DNA from: Candidatus Nomurabacteria bacterium
GTDB taxonomy: Bacteria; Patescibacteriota; Minisyncoccia; Phycocordibacterales; UBA9973
Assembly (NCBI GenBank): GCA_020631955.1
Contig: JACKGL010000005.1
Coordinates: 1 to 47,457, forward strand
Length of the DNA stretch: 47,457 nt
Direction: 5' to 3'
Shown: positions 1 through 7,325 of the stretch, piece by piece
Layout of the letters: the number at the start of each line of letters is the position of its first letter
How positions within the stretch are numbered: position 1 is the first letter of the stretch
Notes under the pieces: model-generated
What the model was told of the DNA's origin: nothing
Databases searched by the model: none
What the model saw: the letters and a program-made list of their open reading frames with translations, nothing else
Position numbers and translations under genes: made by a program

Positions 1-1586
1 ACCATCTCTTCACCTTTAGATGTATTACCTATGACCATACCTTCATATACTTCTGTCGCTGGTGCTATATACAAAATACCTCTATCTTGTAGATTCCAAA
101 GTGAGTATCCAAGAGCTTTTCCGTTTTCCATAGAAACCATACTTCCGACTTCTCTCTTCTTTATTTCTCCTACATAGTCCTCAAAACCTATAACACGAGA
201 GGACATGATACCTTCTCCTTTAGTATCTATCACAAACTGTCCTCTGTACCCAAACAAACCTCTTGTAGGGCCTTTAAACATCATACGCACTGAAGCGTCG
301 TGTATTTTCATATCTATCATAGAGAAAGATCTTAGCCCTAGTTTTTCGATAATAGCTCCTTGGTATTCGCTAGGTGTATCTATAGTCACTTCTTCAAATG
401 GCTCTAGTTTTTGCCCGTCTATTTCTTTGAAAATAACCTTTGGTTGTGAGACCTGTACTTCATACCCTTCTCTTCTCATGTTTTCCAAAAGAACAGCTAT
501 GTGCATCTCACCTCTTCCATAAACTTTATACCCTTCTATGTCTCTGTTTGGATCTGGAGTAAAATCTACTTTAAGCCCTACGTTGATCTCTAGTTCTCTT
601 TCTAATCTTTCTTTTATTTGTCTTGATGTCACAAACTTTCCTTCTCTTCCAGCAAAAGGAGAGTTGTTTACAAGAAAGTCTAGTACTATTGTCGGTTCGT
701 CTATAGATATAGCAGGAAGTAGATCTACATCTTTATCTTTGGATATTGTCTCACCTATAAATATATCGGAAATACCTGCGATCATTACTATGTCTCCAGC
801 TTCAGCTTCTGTCACCTCTTCTCTTTTCATACCTTTGAAAGTAAATAGTTTTGTTATCTTTGCTTGTCTTACAGAACCTTCATGATTTTTTACAAAAATA
901 GTATCTCCAGCTTTTGCTATACCTTCATACACTCTACCTACAGCTAGTCTACCTAAAAAGTTGTCATAAGCTAGATTAAAAGCTTGCATACGAAAAGTTG
1001 CTGTTGTGTCGTTTTTAGCCACAGGAACTTTTTCTAAAATAGTTTCAAAAAGTGGTTCTAAGTTTTCACGAGGATCATCCTCTTTTCTCATGGCCACACC
1101 ATCTCTACCAACAGCATACACAGTGGTAAAATCTAGTTGTTCTTCTGTAGCACCAAGCTCCATGAAAAGTTCAAATACCGCGTCATGAGCTTCCTGACAA
1201 TCAGCTCCTGGTTTGTCTATCTTGTTTAAGACTACTATAGGACGAAGTCCCAGCTCTAGGGATTTTTTTAGAACAAATCTGGTTTGAGGCATTGGCCCTT
1301 CTTGAGCATCTACTATAAGTAGTACTGAGTCTATAGAACGGAGCACACGTTCTACTTCACTACCGAAGTCTGCGTGACCTGGTGTATCTACTATATTTAT
1401 CTTAGTACCTTTATATTCTACCGAAGTATTTTTTGCGTAAATAGTGATACCTCTTTCTTTTTCTATCTGGTTTGAGTCCATAGAAGCACCTTCCTCTAGG
1501 GCACCACAAAAAGCCAACATCTTATCAGTAAGAGTGGTCTTGCCGTGGTCTACGTGTGCTATTATCGCTATGTTTCTAATCTCCAT
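1..1586 (-). CDS. typA: GTP-binding translation factor TypA/BipA, N-terminal ~528 codons; the 3' end lies beyond the window edge
   Basis: Absent from the ORF track because it is open at the window edge. Reverse complement from 1586 reads MEIRNIAIIAHVDHGKTTLTDKML...IVDTPGHADFGSEVERVL...VLNKIDKPGA, giving G1/G3/G4 GTPase motifs with a TypA-type N-terminus. The + strand ORFs at 205-1188 are its antisense shadows. Confidence 0.85.
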   Translation of the reverse strand, partial: MEIRNIAIIAHVDHGKTTLTDKMLAFCGALEEGASMDSNQIEKERGITIYAKNTSVEYKGTKINIVDTPGHADFGSEVERVLRSIDSVLLIVDAQEGPMPQTRFVLKKSLELGLRPIVVLNKIDKPGADCQEAHDAVFELFMELGATEEQLDFTTVYAVGRDGVAMRKEDDPRENLEPLFETILEKVPVAKNDTTATFRMQAFNLAYDNFLGRLAVGRVYEGIAKAGDTIFVKNHEGSVRQAKITKLFTFKGMKREEVTEAEAGDIVMIAGISDIFIGETISKDKDVDLLPAISIDEPTIVLDFLVNNSPFAGREGKFVTSRQIKERLERELEINVGLKVDFTPDPNRDIEGYKVYGRGEMHIAVLLENMRREGYEVQVSQPKVIFKEIDGQKLEPFEEVTIDTPSEYQGAIIEKLGLRSFSMIDMKIHDASVRMMFKGPTRGLFGYRGQFVIDTKGEGIMSSRVIGFEDYVGEIKKREVGSMVSMENGKALGYSLWNLQDRGILYIAPATEVYEGMVIGNTSKGEEM

Positions 1587-1625
1587 GTAATTGATATTAT
1601 ATATTTTTTTAACTCTTGTGTGCCG

Positions 1626-1676
1626 CTATGCCTGCCCGTCCGTAGCTTTATGCGAAGGCGGGTTTCTAATTTCCAT
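1626..1676 (-). repeat. Degenerate upstream copy of the typA start, interrupted by a 32-nt GC-rich insert (1630-1661); reads as a 16-codon uORF MEIRNPPSHKATDGQA
   Basis: gtttctaatttccat (1662-1676) matches gtttctaatctccat (1572-1586, first 5 typA codons) at 14/15. Beyond the insert, cgctat and gtgtgc also match the gene (atagcg...gcacac in sense). Confidence 0.6.
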
Positions 1677-1736
1677 ATCTCGAAAAAAAATAAGGCCGTA
1701 CGCCTTGTGAGAAAACTATATCATAAAATAACTTTT

Positions 1737-2996
1737 TTACAATTTCATTGGATTTATCATATTTTCTATTTCCATAAGGCGATTATATTTACAAACCCTT
1801 TCTCCTCGAACGGGTGAGCCTGCTTTTATAAAATCACAAGCTAAACCTACCGACAAATCAGCGATAAATGTATCTGTGGTCTCGCCTGATCTGTGAGATA
1901 CAAAAGGTGCCCAGCCGTATTCTTTGGTCATAGACACTGCTTTTATAGTCTCTGTTAGGGTTCCTATCTGATTGAGTTTTATTAATACAGAGTTTATAGA
2001 TTTTTTTTCGAACGCAGTCTTGATCCTATCAACATTTGTAACAGTAAGGTCGTCCCCTACTATTTTTACTTTATCTCCTAAAACATCTACAAATTCAGAA
2101 AACCCCTGCCAATCATCTTCAGCCAAACCATCTTCAATAGATATAAGCTGGTGTTTTTTAAACAAGTCTTCATACCAACTAATAAGTTCGGAGCTAGTCA
2201 GATCTCTTTTGATACCATCGATATTTATTCGATACTTATCTTCTTCAAAAAATTCAGACGCTGCTGCATCTATACCTATCCGTACATCATCCAAAGAATA
2301 ACCAGCGTCAACAATAGCTTGTCTTATCAAATCAAAAGCTTCGTCATTTGATGAGAGTTTAGGTGCAAAACCACCTTCGTCACCGACACTTGTAGCATAA
2401 CCTTTCCCGACAAGTATCTTCTTAAGGGCAGAAACAACTTCCACTGCTACTTCTACTTTTTTCGTAAACGAATCAAATCCAACAGGTGCAACCATAAACT
2501 CTTGTATATCAAGACCACTATCAGCATGTCTTCCTCCGTTTAGTATGTTGAACATTGGTTGTGGTAGCATAACTTCCTTGGTGCCAGAAATAAGAGAGAC
2601 ATATTCATAAAGCTCAACATTTTGTTTGTTAGCACAAGCTCTGGCAAAAGCTAAAGATACTCCCAAAATAGCGTTGGCACCTAGCCGAGACTTGTTATTT
2701 GTACCATCTAGATCTATCAAAGCTCTATCTAAGGATTCTTGATCAAAACTTTTATCTTTAAGGTGGTTATTTATCTCAGTATTTACATTTAAAACAGCTT
2801 TGGTAACTCCAAGCCCTCCGTATCTCTTTGTGTCATGATCACGCAACTCAATAGCTTCATGAACACCTGTACTTGCCCCAGAAGGAACAGAGGCTTTCCC
2901 GTAAACCTGACCATCTACTACACACTCTACTTCAACAGTAGGGTTGCCTCGTGAATCTAAAATTTCTCTTGCTTTAAGCGATAGTATTTTTACCAT
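1737..2996 (-). CDS. eno: Enolase (phosphopyruvate hydratase)
   Basis: 419-aa ORF: MVKILSLKAREILDSRGNPTVEVE..., SHRSGETTDTFIADLSV, KAGSPVRGERVCKYNRL. These are classic enolase stretches at full length. Confidence 0.95.
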   Translation of the reverse strand: MVKILSLKAREILDSRGNPTVEVECVVDGQVYGKASVPSGASTGVHEAIELRDHDTKRYGGLGVTKAVLNVNTEINNHLKDKSFDQESLDRALIDLDGTNNKSRLGANAILGVSLAFARACANKQNVELYEYVSLISGTKEVMLPQPMFNILNGGRHADSGLDIQEFMVAPVGFDSFTKKVEVAVEVVSALKKILVGKGYATSVGDEGGFAPKLSSNDEAFDLIRQAIVDAGYSLDDVRIGIDAAASEFFEEDKYRINIDGIKRDLTSSELISWYEDLFKKHQLISIEDGLAEDDWQGFSEFVDVLGDKVKIVGDDLTVTNVDRIKTAFEKKSINSVLIKLNQIGTLTETIKAVSMTKEYGWAPFVSHRSGETTDTFIADLSVGLACDFIKAGSPVRGERVCKYNRLMEIENMINPMKL

Positions 2997-2999
2997 ATA

Positions 3000-3815
3000 T
3001 TAATTAATCCTTTTTAAAGTATTAAAATGCACTTCACCTTGCAGGTGTTTTTCAGCTTCAGTAATAATTTTTTCCATCACTTTAACTGCTTCGGCAGGAT
3101 ACATACCTTTAGCGGTTTCTTCAGAAAGCATGACAGCGTCAGCGCCTTCTAAAATAGCAGTAGTTACATCTGTGACTTCAGCCCTCGTAGGACTAGGATT
3201 ATCCACCATAGAGAGAAGCATCTGTGTAGCCACGATAACAGGTTTACCAAAACCTTTAGCTTTCTTTATTAAACTGTCTTGAACAAATGGAACTTGTTCT
3301 ATTTTTATATTATCACCCAAGTCACCTCTTGCTATCATCACAGCGTCGGCAGAATCAATAATCTCATCAATATTATTTAAAGCTTCCTTTCGTTCGATCT
3401 TTGCAATAATTTTCTGCTTACCTTTATGTCTATCTATGACCTCTCTACATTTATGTATATCCTCCTTACTCGATACAAAAGATACTGCTATATAATCAAC
3501 TTCATATTCCACAGCAAACTTTATATATTCCTCATCTTTTTCAGTGATAGCAGATAGAGCGTCATGGTTAAAAGTATGTCCGTCTTCATGCTGAATACGA
3601 GGTCCAGGCAAATCCACAATAACAGGTACTTGTCTTTTGAATTCTGTTTCTATGTGTCTTATGAGTTTTATTTGATTGGAGTGCAATTCAAAATCTCCCC
3701 AAGAAAAATTGAGCCTAGCCGCACTGGACTGGTATGAAGTTATATCCTTGAGCACATCAGGGTTTGAAGATGCTGGTCCAAGTGTAAATACAATTTGTGC
3801 TTTAGAAAAAATCAT
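3000..3815 (-). CDS. Pyruvate kinase-like protein, A (TIM-barrel) domain only; no B lid and no C-terminal domain
   Basis: 271 aa. PK motifs LNFSWG (NFSHG-like), DLPGPRIQ, IAKIE, MIARGDLG, ATQMLLSM, PTRAEVTDV, MLSEETA are collinear. DLPGPRIQ is followed after ~15 aa by the ITEKDEEYI segment, and the ORF stops right after the barrel. Confidence 0.6.
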   Translation of the reverse strand: MIFSKAQIVFTLGPASSNPDVLKDITSYQSSAARLNFSWGDFELHSNQIKLIRHIETEFKRQVPVIVDLPGPRIQHEDGHTFNHDALSAITEKDEEYIKFAVEYEVDYIAVSFVSSKEDIHKCREVIDRHKGKQKIIAKIERKEALNNIDEIIDSADAVMIARGDLGDNIKIEQVPFVQDSLIKKAKGFGKPVIVATQMLLSMVDNPSPTRAEVTDVTTAILEGADAVMLSEETAKGMYPAEAVKVMEKIITEAEKHLQGEVHFNTLKRIN

Positions 3816-4444
3816 GCGGGTACGTTTGATTCAGTTTGGCGAACCTCTTTACTTATAATATGACCCTCATCGTCTACATCATAGATAATAATCCCGCCAA
3901 AAGGCACTTCAACATTGGCTATACCTTCGTCAGATATATTTTCAATATATTTAACCAAAGCTCTAAGAGAGTTTCCATGAGCAACAACCAAAACATTTTT
4001 TCCTTCTTTAACTTTAGGTAAAATATTACTGAGAAAATAAGGTACAGCACGGTCATAGACCATCTTTAGTGTTTCCCCGTTTGGTATAGGATAGTCCCAA
4101 TCTCTTCTGACTTTATTCCAATTCTCCTCCCCTATAAGCTCTTGCATGTCCCATTTGTTTTTCCCGGTATAATCACCATAGTCTCTTTCATTAAGAGCTG
4201 AAGAGTGCTCTGTCGGTACTTCAAAACGCTCACACACATTGAGCATACATGAAAGTGTTTCTATGGAGCGTACTTGCATAGAAGCAAAAGCTTGATCTAT
4301 TCTAAGATCTTTTATCAAAAGACCCATATCTCCAGCTTTTTGAAATCCGTATTCTGTTAGATGTCTGTCACGTCTACCAGTCCAAAGACCTTTTTTGTTC
4401 CAATCTGATTCATGGTGACGTGATAATATTAGCTTACCTTCCAT
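3812..4444 (-). CDS. gpmA: Histidine-phosphatase family phosphoglycerate mutase (cofactor-dependent type)
   Basis: 210 aa. N-terminal LILSRHHESDWNKKGLWTG (RHGE-type catalytic motif) and later VVAHGNSLRAL. Its stop overlaps the start of the pyk-like gene (ATGA). Confidence 0.7.
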   Translation of the reverse strand: MEGKLILSRHHESDWNKKGLWTGRRDRHLTEYGFQKAGDMGLLIKDLRIDQAFASMQVRSIETLSCMLNVCERFEVPTEHSSALNERDYGDYTGKNKWDMQELIGEENWNKVRRDWDYPIPNGETLKMVYDRAVPYFLSNILPKVKEGKNVLVVAHGNSLRALVKYIENISDEGIANVEVPFGGIIIYDVDDEGHIISKEVRQTESNVPA

Positions 4445-4452
4445 ATAAAGAA

Positions 4453-5427
4453 TTATGAATTTACAATATTTCTTGGTGTCCTTCCTTCAAAAAAATCGAC
4501 AATATTATTCGCTGCTATCTCTGCCATTTGATCTCTAGTCTCATTACTTGCAGAAGCTATGTGTGGTGTAAGAACAATGTTTTGAAGTTTTTTAAGACCG
4601 GAAGATATTTTTGGTTCAAACTCAAACACATCTAGACCTGCTCCTGCTATCACTCTATTCTTTAATGCAAACTCAAGAGCCTTCTCGTCGACAACCGGAC
4701 CTCTAGAAGTATTTACCAAAAAAGCTGTAGGTTTCATCATTTTAAGATGTTTTTCATTTATAAGATGTCTTGTAGAGTCTAGAAGAGGAACATGTAAGCT
4801 CACAAAATCTACCTGCGGTAGTAGAGTGTCAGGAGAGTCACAATAAGTAGCATCTAGTTCTTTTTCTATTTGTTCGTTTCTATTTACGTCTGTATACAAA
4901 ATCTTCATTCCAAGATTTTTTGCATATTTTGCAACACGTCCACCTATCCTACCTGTACCTATAAGACCTAGAGTCTTCCCCGCTACATCAGTTCCAATAA
5001 AATTCATTGGTGACCATCCTTTATATTTACCAGCACGAACAAATTTATCTCCTTCTACTATCCTAGTCGCCAAACAAAGCATAAGTGCGATTGTGTGCTC
5101 CGCTACAGCTTCAGAAGACATATCAGCTGGTGCATTTGCGACCACGATACCACGCTCCTTTGCTGCTGCTATATCTATATTATCGAACCCAGTAGCATAG
5201 TTTACATACAACTTTACACTTGGCGCAACTTCAAATACTTTTTTATCTATTTTGTCAGTAAGCAGAGTCAGCACTGCGTCGTATTGCTTTTTCCGCAAGA
5301 AAGAAATTATCTGTTTCTGTGTAGGGATAGAAGATTTAGGATTTACATCTACTGTATAACCTTTTTCTTTCAAAATCTTGATCCCAATATCTGGGATTTC
5401 TCTGGTGACAAAAATATTTTTACTCAT
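4453..5427 (-). CDS. D-isomer-specific 2-hydroxyacid dehydrogenase (glycerate/hydroxypyruvate reductase-like)
   Basis: GLIGTGRIGGRVAKYA Rossmann motif and C-terminal LTPHIASAS. The track ORF extends to 5469, but the ATG at 5427 (MSKNIFVTREIP) sits 6 nt downstream of a TATAAT box, so I prefer it. Confidence 0.8.
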   Translation of the reverse strand: MSKNIFVTREIPDIGIKILKEKGYTVDVNPKSSIPTQKQIISFLRKKQYDAVLTLLTDKIDKKVFEVAPSVKLYVNYATGFDNIDIAAAKERGIVVANAPADMSSEAVAEHTIALMLCLATRIVEGDKFVRAGKYKGWSPMNFIGTDVAGKTLGLIGTGRIGGRVAKYAKNLGMKILYTDVNRNEQIEKELDATYCDSPDTLLPQVDFVSLHVPLLDSTRHLINEKHLKMMKPTAFLVNTSRGPVVDEKALEFALKNRVIAGAGLDVFEFEPKISSGLKKLQNIVLTPHIASASNETRDQMAEIAANNIVDFFEGRTPRNIVNS

Positions 5428-5433
5428 ACCAAT

Positions 5434-5439
5434 ATTATA
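5434..5439 (-). promoter_or_regulatory. -10 box TATAAT exactly 6 nt upstream of the ATG at 5427 (leaderless-type promoter)
   Basis: Minus-strand sequence tataat-attggt-ATG, with no purine-rich SD in between. Confidence 0.5.
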
Positions 5440-5492
5440 ACAATTATTGATATCAATTACGAATACCAAATATTAGTAAAATAAAGCCTATC

Positions 5493-5513
5493 AATGAGCC
5501 AATGATCGGGATT
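5493..5513 (-). repeat. Orphan 21-nt copy of the tRNA-Thr 3' end (T-loop AATC through acceptor, discriminator and 4 nt of trailer)
   Basis: aatgagccaatgatcgggatt at 5493-5513 is identical to 5626-5646, which lies inside and just 3' of tRNA-Thr. Confidence 0.85.
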
Positions 5514-5535
5514 TCACGTCGTCGCAAGCTCCTCT

Positions 5536-5599
5536 TTGGAAACCACTCGGTTTCCAACGCTGCGCTGCCTTCCTCCACAGGGAAACTACCGTTTCCCTG
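5536..5599. repeat. Twin-hairpin element, copy A (two 9-bp stems with 4-nt loops)
   Basis: ttggaaacc-actc-ggtttccaa (5536-5557) and cagggaaac-tacc-gtttccctg (5578-5599). Homologous to copy B at 5949-6004, with compensatory changes in both stems. Confidence 0.75.
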
Positions 5600-5629
5600 A
5601 CACCCTTCCCTATTCAATCAAAATTAATG

Positions 5630-5702
5630 AGCCAATGATCGGGATTGAACCGATGACCTCTCCCTTACCATGGGAGTGCTCTACCAACTGAGCTACATTG
5701 GC
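5630..5702 (-). tRNA. tRNA-Thr (anticodon GGU)
   Basis: Manual cloverleaf: GCCAATG TA GCTC AGTTGGTA GAGC A CTCCC ATGGTAA GGGAG AGGTC ATCGG TTCAATC CCGAT CATTGGC T. 73 nt, no encoded CCA. Confidence 0.9.
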
Positions 5703-5781
5703 AAATAATAAACCTACAATTATTTATGCGTAGTATTATATCACAGCAAACTACCACAATAACTGAATATAGCGAAGTTGG

Positions 5782-5835
5782 TACCCAACTCCCGCCCGAA
5801 TGTACCATTCGGTACGGGCGGGGAGCTACATTGGC
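5782..5835 (-). pseudogene. tRNA-Thr 5' fragment (acceptor, D stem and D loop) split by a 32-nt GC-rich palindrome
   Basis: Sense strand: GCCAATGTAGCTC [cccgcccgtaccgaatggtacattcgggcggg] AGTTGGGTA. The flanks match tRNA-Thr nt 1-13 and the D loop. There is no anticodon or T arm. Confidence 0.7.
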
Positions 5836-5913
5836 TTATAAAGTGTCTCAATGTTATCAAACTTTTATATTTTTTCAAAGCAAAACTGCCCTGATACACA
5901 GGATAGTTTTTAG

Positions 5914-5929
5914 TGTTGCGGGTGGTGGA
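5914..5929 (-). repeat. Orphan 16-nt copy of the initiator tRNA-Met 3' end (last T-loop nt through discriminator plus CA)
   Basis: tgttgcgggtggtgga at 5914-5929 is identical to 6075-6090. Confidence 0.85.
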
Positions 5930-5948
5930 CGCTTCGCTATCTCACTTC

Positions 5949-6004
5949 TGGGAAACCCACGGTTTTCCCAATCCTTTCTCCACGGGGAAACAAATGTTTC
6001 CCCG
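5949..6004. repeat. Twin-hairpin element, copy B
   Basis: tgggaaacc-cac-ggttttccca (5949-5970) and cggggaaac-aaat-gtttccccg (5983-6004). The flanks (ctccac before hairpin 2, gac-cccttc after it) are also shared with copy A. Confidence 0.75.
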
Positions 6005-6034
6005 ACCCCCTTCTTGTTCGACTCCAACCCAAAA

Positions 6035-6069
6035 ACACAAAACACCTACTAATAAAAGTAGGTGTTTTA
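6035..6069. terminator. Bidirectional intrinsic terminator just 3' of initiator tRNA-Met
   Basis: acacctac-taataaaa-gtaggtgt, flanked by an A-run and a T-run on both strands. Confidence 0.6.
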
Positions 6070-6076
6070 TGTAATG

Positions 6077-6147
6077 TTGCGGGTGGTGGAATCGAACCAC
6101 CTTCTTCAGGTTATGAGCCTGACGAGACACCATTTCTCTAACCCGCG
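6077..6147 (-). tRNA. Initiator tRNA-fMet (anticodon CAU)
   Basis: CGCGGGT TA GAGA AATGGTG TCTC G TCAGG CTCATAA CCTGA AGAA GGTGG TTCGATT CCACC ACCCGCA A. The C1:A72 mismatch and A11:U24 pair are bacterial initiator hallmarks. Only two G-C pairs close the anticodon stem. Confidence 0.8.
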
Positions 6148-6262
6148 ATATGTGTAAGATAGTTTATAACATAAAAGTACTCATGAGACAACATAATATC
6201 TGTGATTTACCTTAAAACGCTTGAGTTTTATATGTAAACATGATATTTTATTTCTACCCTTA

Positions 6263-6336
6263 GCCGGGGTAGCTCAGTTGGTTAGAGCGTAGGACTCATA
6301 AACCTAAGGTCGGCAGTTCAATTCTGCCCCCCGGCA
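6263..6336 (+). tRNA. tRNA with CAU anticodon, elongator Met (or Ile2 if lysidinylated)
   Basis: GCCGGGG TA GCTC AGTTGGTTA GAGC G TAGGA CTCATAA ACCTA AGGTC GGCAG TTCAATT CTGCC CCCCGGC A. 74 nt, with an A31:A39 mismatch. Confidence 0.8.
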
Positions 6337-6399
6337 CAATACCACTTTCTTTTTTTATAGAATTTGGTAGTATATGTATCACTTGTTTATAACAAGTTG

Positions 6400-6448
6400 C
6401 TGCAGAAATGCAGTAGTACCTGCCTACCGGTTTAGGTAGGGCTCAACT
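6400..6448 (+). pseudogene. Upstream pseudo-copy of the tRNA-Asp leader plus 5' end, interrupted by a 22-nt GC-rich hairpin
   Basis: ctgcagaaatGCAGtaGTA [cctgcctaccggtttaggtagg] GCTCAACT compared with the genuine ctgcagaaatGCAGCGGTAGCTCAACT at 6471-6497. Confidence 0.7.
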
Positions 6449-6480
6449 CAATATAAATTGAATTGATTCACTGCAGAAAT

Positions 6481-6554
6481 GCAGCGGTAGCTCAACTGGT
6501 TAGAGCACCCGCCTGTCACGCGGGAGGTTGCGGGTTCAAGTCCCGTCCGCTGCG
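6481..6554 (+). tRNA. tRNA-Asp (anticodon GUC)
   Basis: GCAGCGG TA GCTC AACTGGTTA GAGC A CCCGC CTGTCAC GCGGG AGGTT GCGGG TTCAAGT CCCGT CCGCTGC G. 74 nt. Confidence 0.9.
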
Positions 6555-6623
6555 CATCGATTGATTAAATAATTTTCTTATGCTATCGTCAGATTAAATT
6601 TAATCAACTTAAAATCAAATACC

Positions 6624-7148
6624 ATGGTTGACTTCAAAAAACCTGATAGTCAGACGCAAATTATAAATTTGCAAAATATTCTGAAAACACCAAATGCAAC
6701 CAAAGAAGATGTGGTGTTAGCTATGCTTCTTTCTATAATGATTTTTTTCCGAAATCGTCCTGGAAGGTTGAAAGATTATAAACCGTACTTTATCCACGGA
6801 ACAGGATGTCATAATCCAACATCGGAAAAAACTGGTAAAACAGTCTGGGGTATATGGAGATATGAGATTACTATAGTAAGTACTGAGAAATCAAGACTTG
6901 AGATAAAATATGAGTACAAGAACCCTGGATACCTTAAAGCAGTTTTCAAAAGCGGTAAAAAGAAACGCATCGTTACAGGTGATATTTCAATACACAGGAA
7001 ACTGTTTAAAAAAGAAAGGACAGTAAAAATAGCATCTGCTACGTGCTCTCAACCCGATCTTTTGATGAGGGACCTAAATAAATTTTTGAAAGACCCACTC
7101 GATGAACTGTTACGTGTAATTAATGAAATACGGAAGCCGGTTCTGTAA
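6624..7148 (+). CDS. Hypothetical protein (174 aa, Lys-rich, no recognisable motif)
   Basis: Clean ORF in an otherwise non-coding gap, with TAAAAT 8 nt upstream of the ATG and a hairpin plus T-run at about 7161-7190. No family recognised. Confidence 0.5.
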   Translation: MVDFKKPDSQTQIINLQNILKTPNATKEDVVLAMLLSIMIFFRNRPGRLKDYKPYFIHGTGCHNPTSEKTGKTVWGIWRYEITIVSTEKSRLEIKYEYKNPGYLKAVFKSGKKKRIVTGDISIHRKLFKKERTVKIASATCSQPDLLMRDLNKFLKDPLDELLRVINEIRKPVL

Positions 7149-7205
7149 ACATACTATAAAAGCACTCCAAAACAATATGGGTGCTTTTTATTTTAAACCT
7201 GATCG

Positions 7206-7234
7206 TTGACTTTTCACACTATATAGCGTATTAT
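7206..7234 (+). promoter_or_regulatory. Sigma70-like promoter of the cold-shock gene (TTGACT-17 nt-TATTAT) giving a ~85-nt 5' UTR
   Basis: -35 at 7206-7211, exact 17-nt spacer, -10 at 7229-7234. A long leader is typical of csp genes. Confidence 0.5.
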
Positions 7235-7325
7235 AAATTCATCAAATAATTACTATCAAAGAACTGAGTCGAGTTAAATTTTTGGGTTTTTGTTTGAAAT
7301 TTAATAACTTGGTTTAAACGAACAA

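Noticed and set aside
205-1188. Three + strand ORFs (105, 115 and 60 aa) at the left edge.
   Set aside because: They are Ser/Pro/Ile-rich antisense shadows of the typA reading frame, which gives an unambiguous GTPase on the minus strand. The same reasoning dismisses the long antisense ORFs inside ligA, pilB, pilM, the ParB-methylase (32088-33111) and ftsH (44783-45265).
5536-6004. GTTTCCC/GGGAAAC hairpins considered as CRISPR repeats.
   Set aside because: There are only two hairpins per locus, with irregular 12- and 20-nt spacers. The loci are 400 nt apart and no cas genes are in the window. The pattern fits a structured repeat element, not an array.
5726-6133. ORFs 5726-6052 (+) and 5942-6133 (-) in the tRNA cluster.
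   Set aside because: They run through tRNA genes, tRNA fragments and the twin-hairpin repeats. They have no start context and no protein-like composition, so they arise only because this GC-richer repeat DNA lacks stops.
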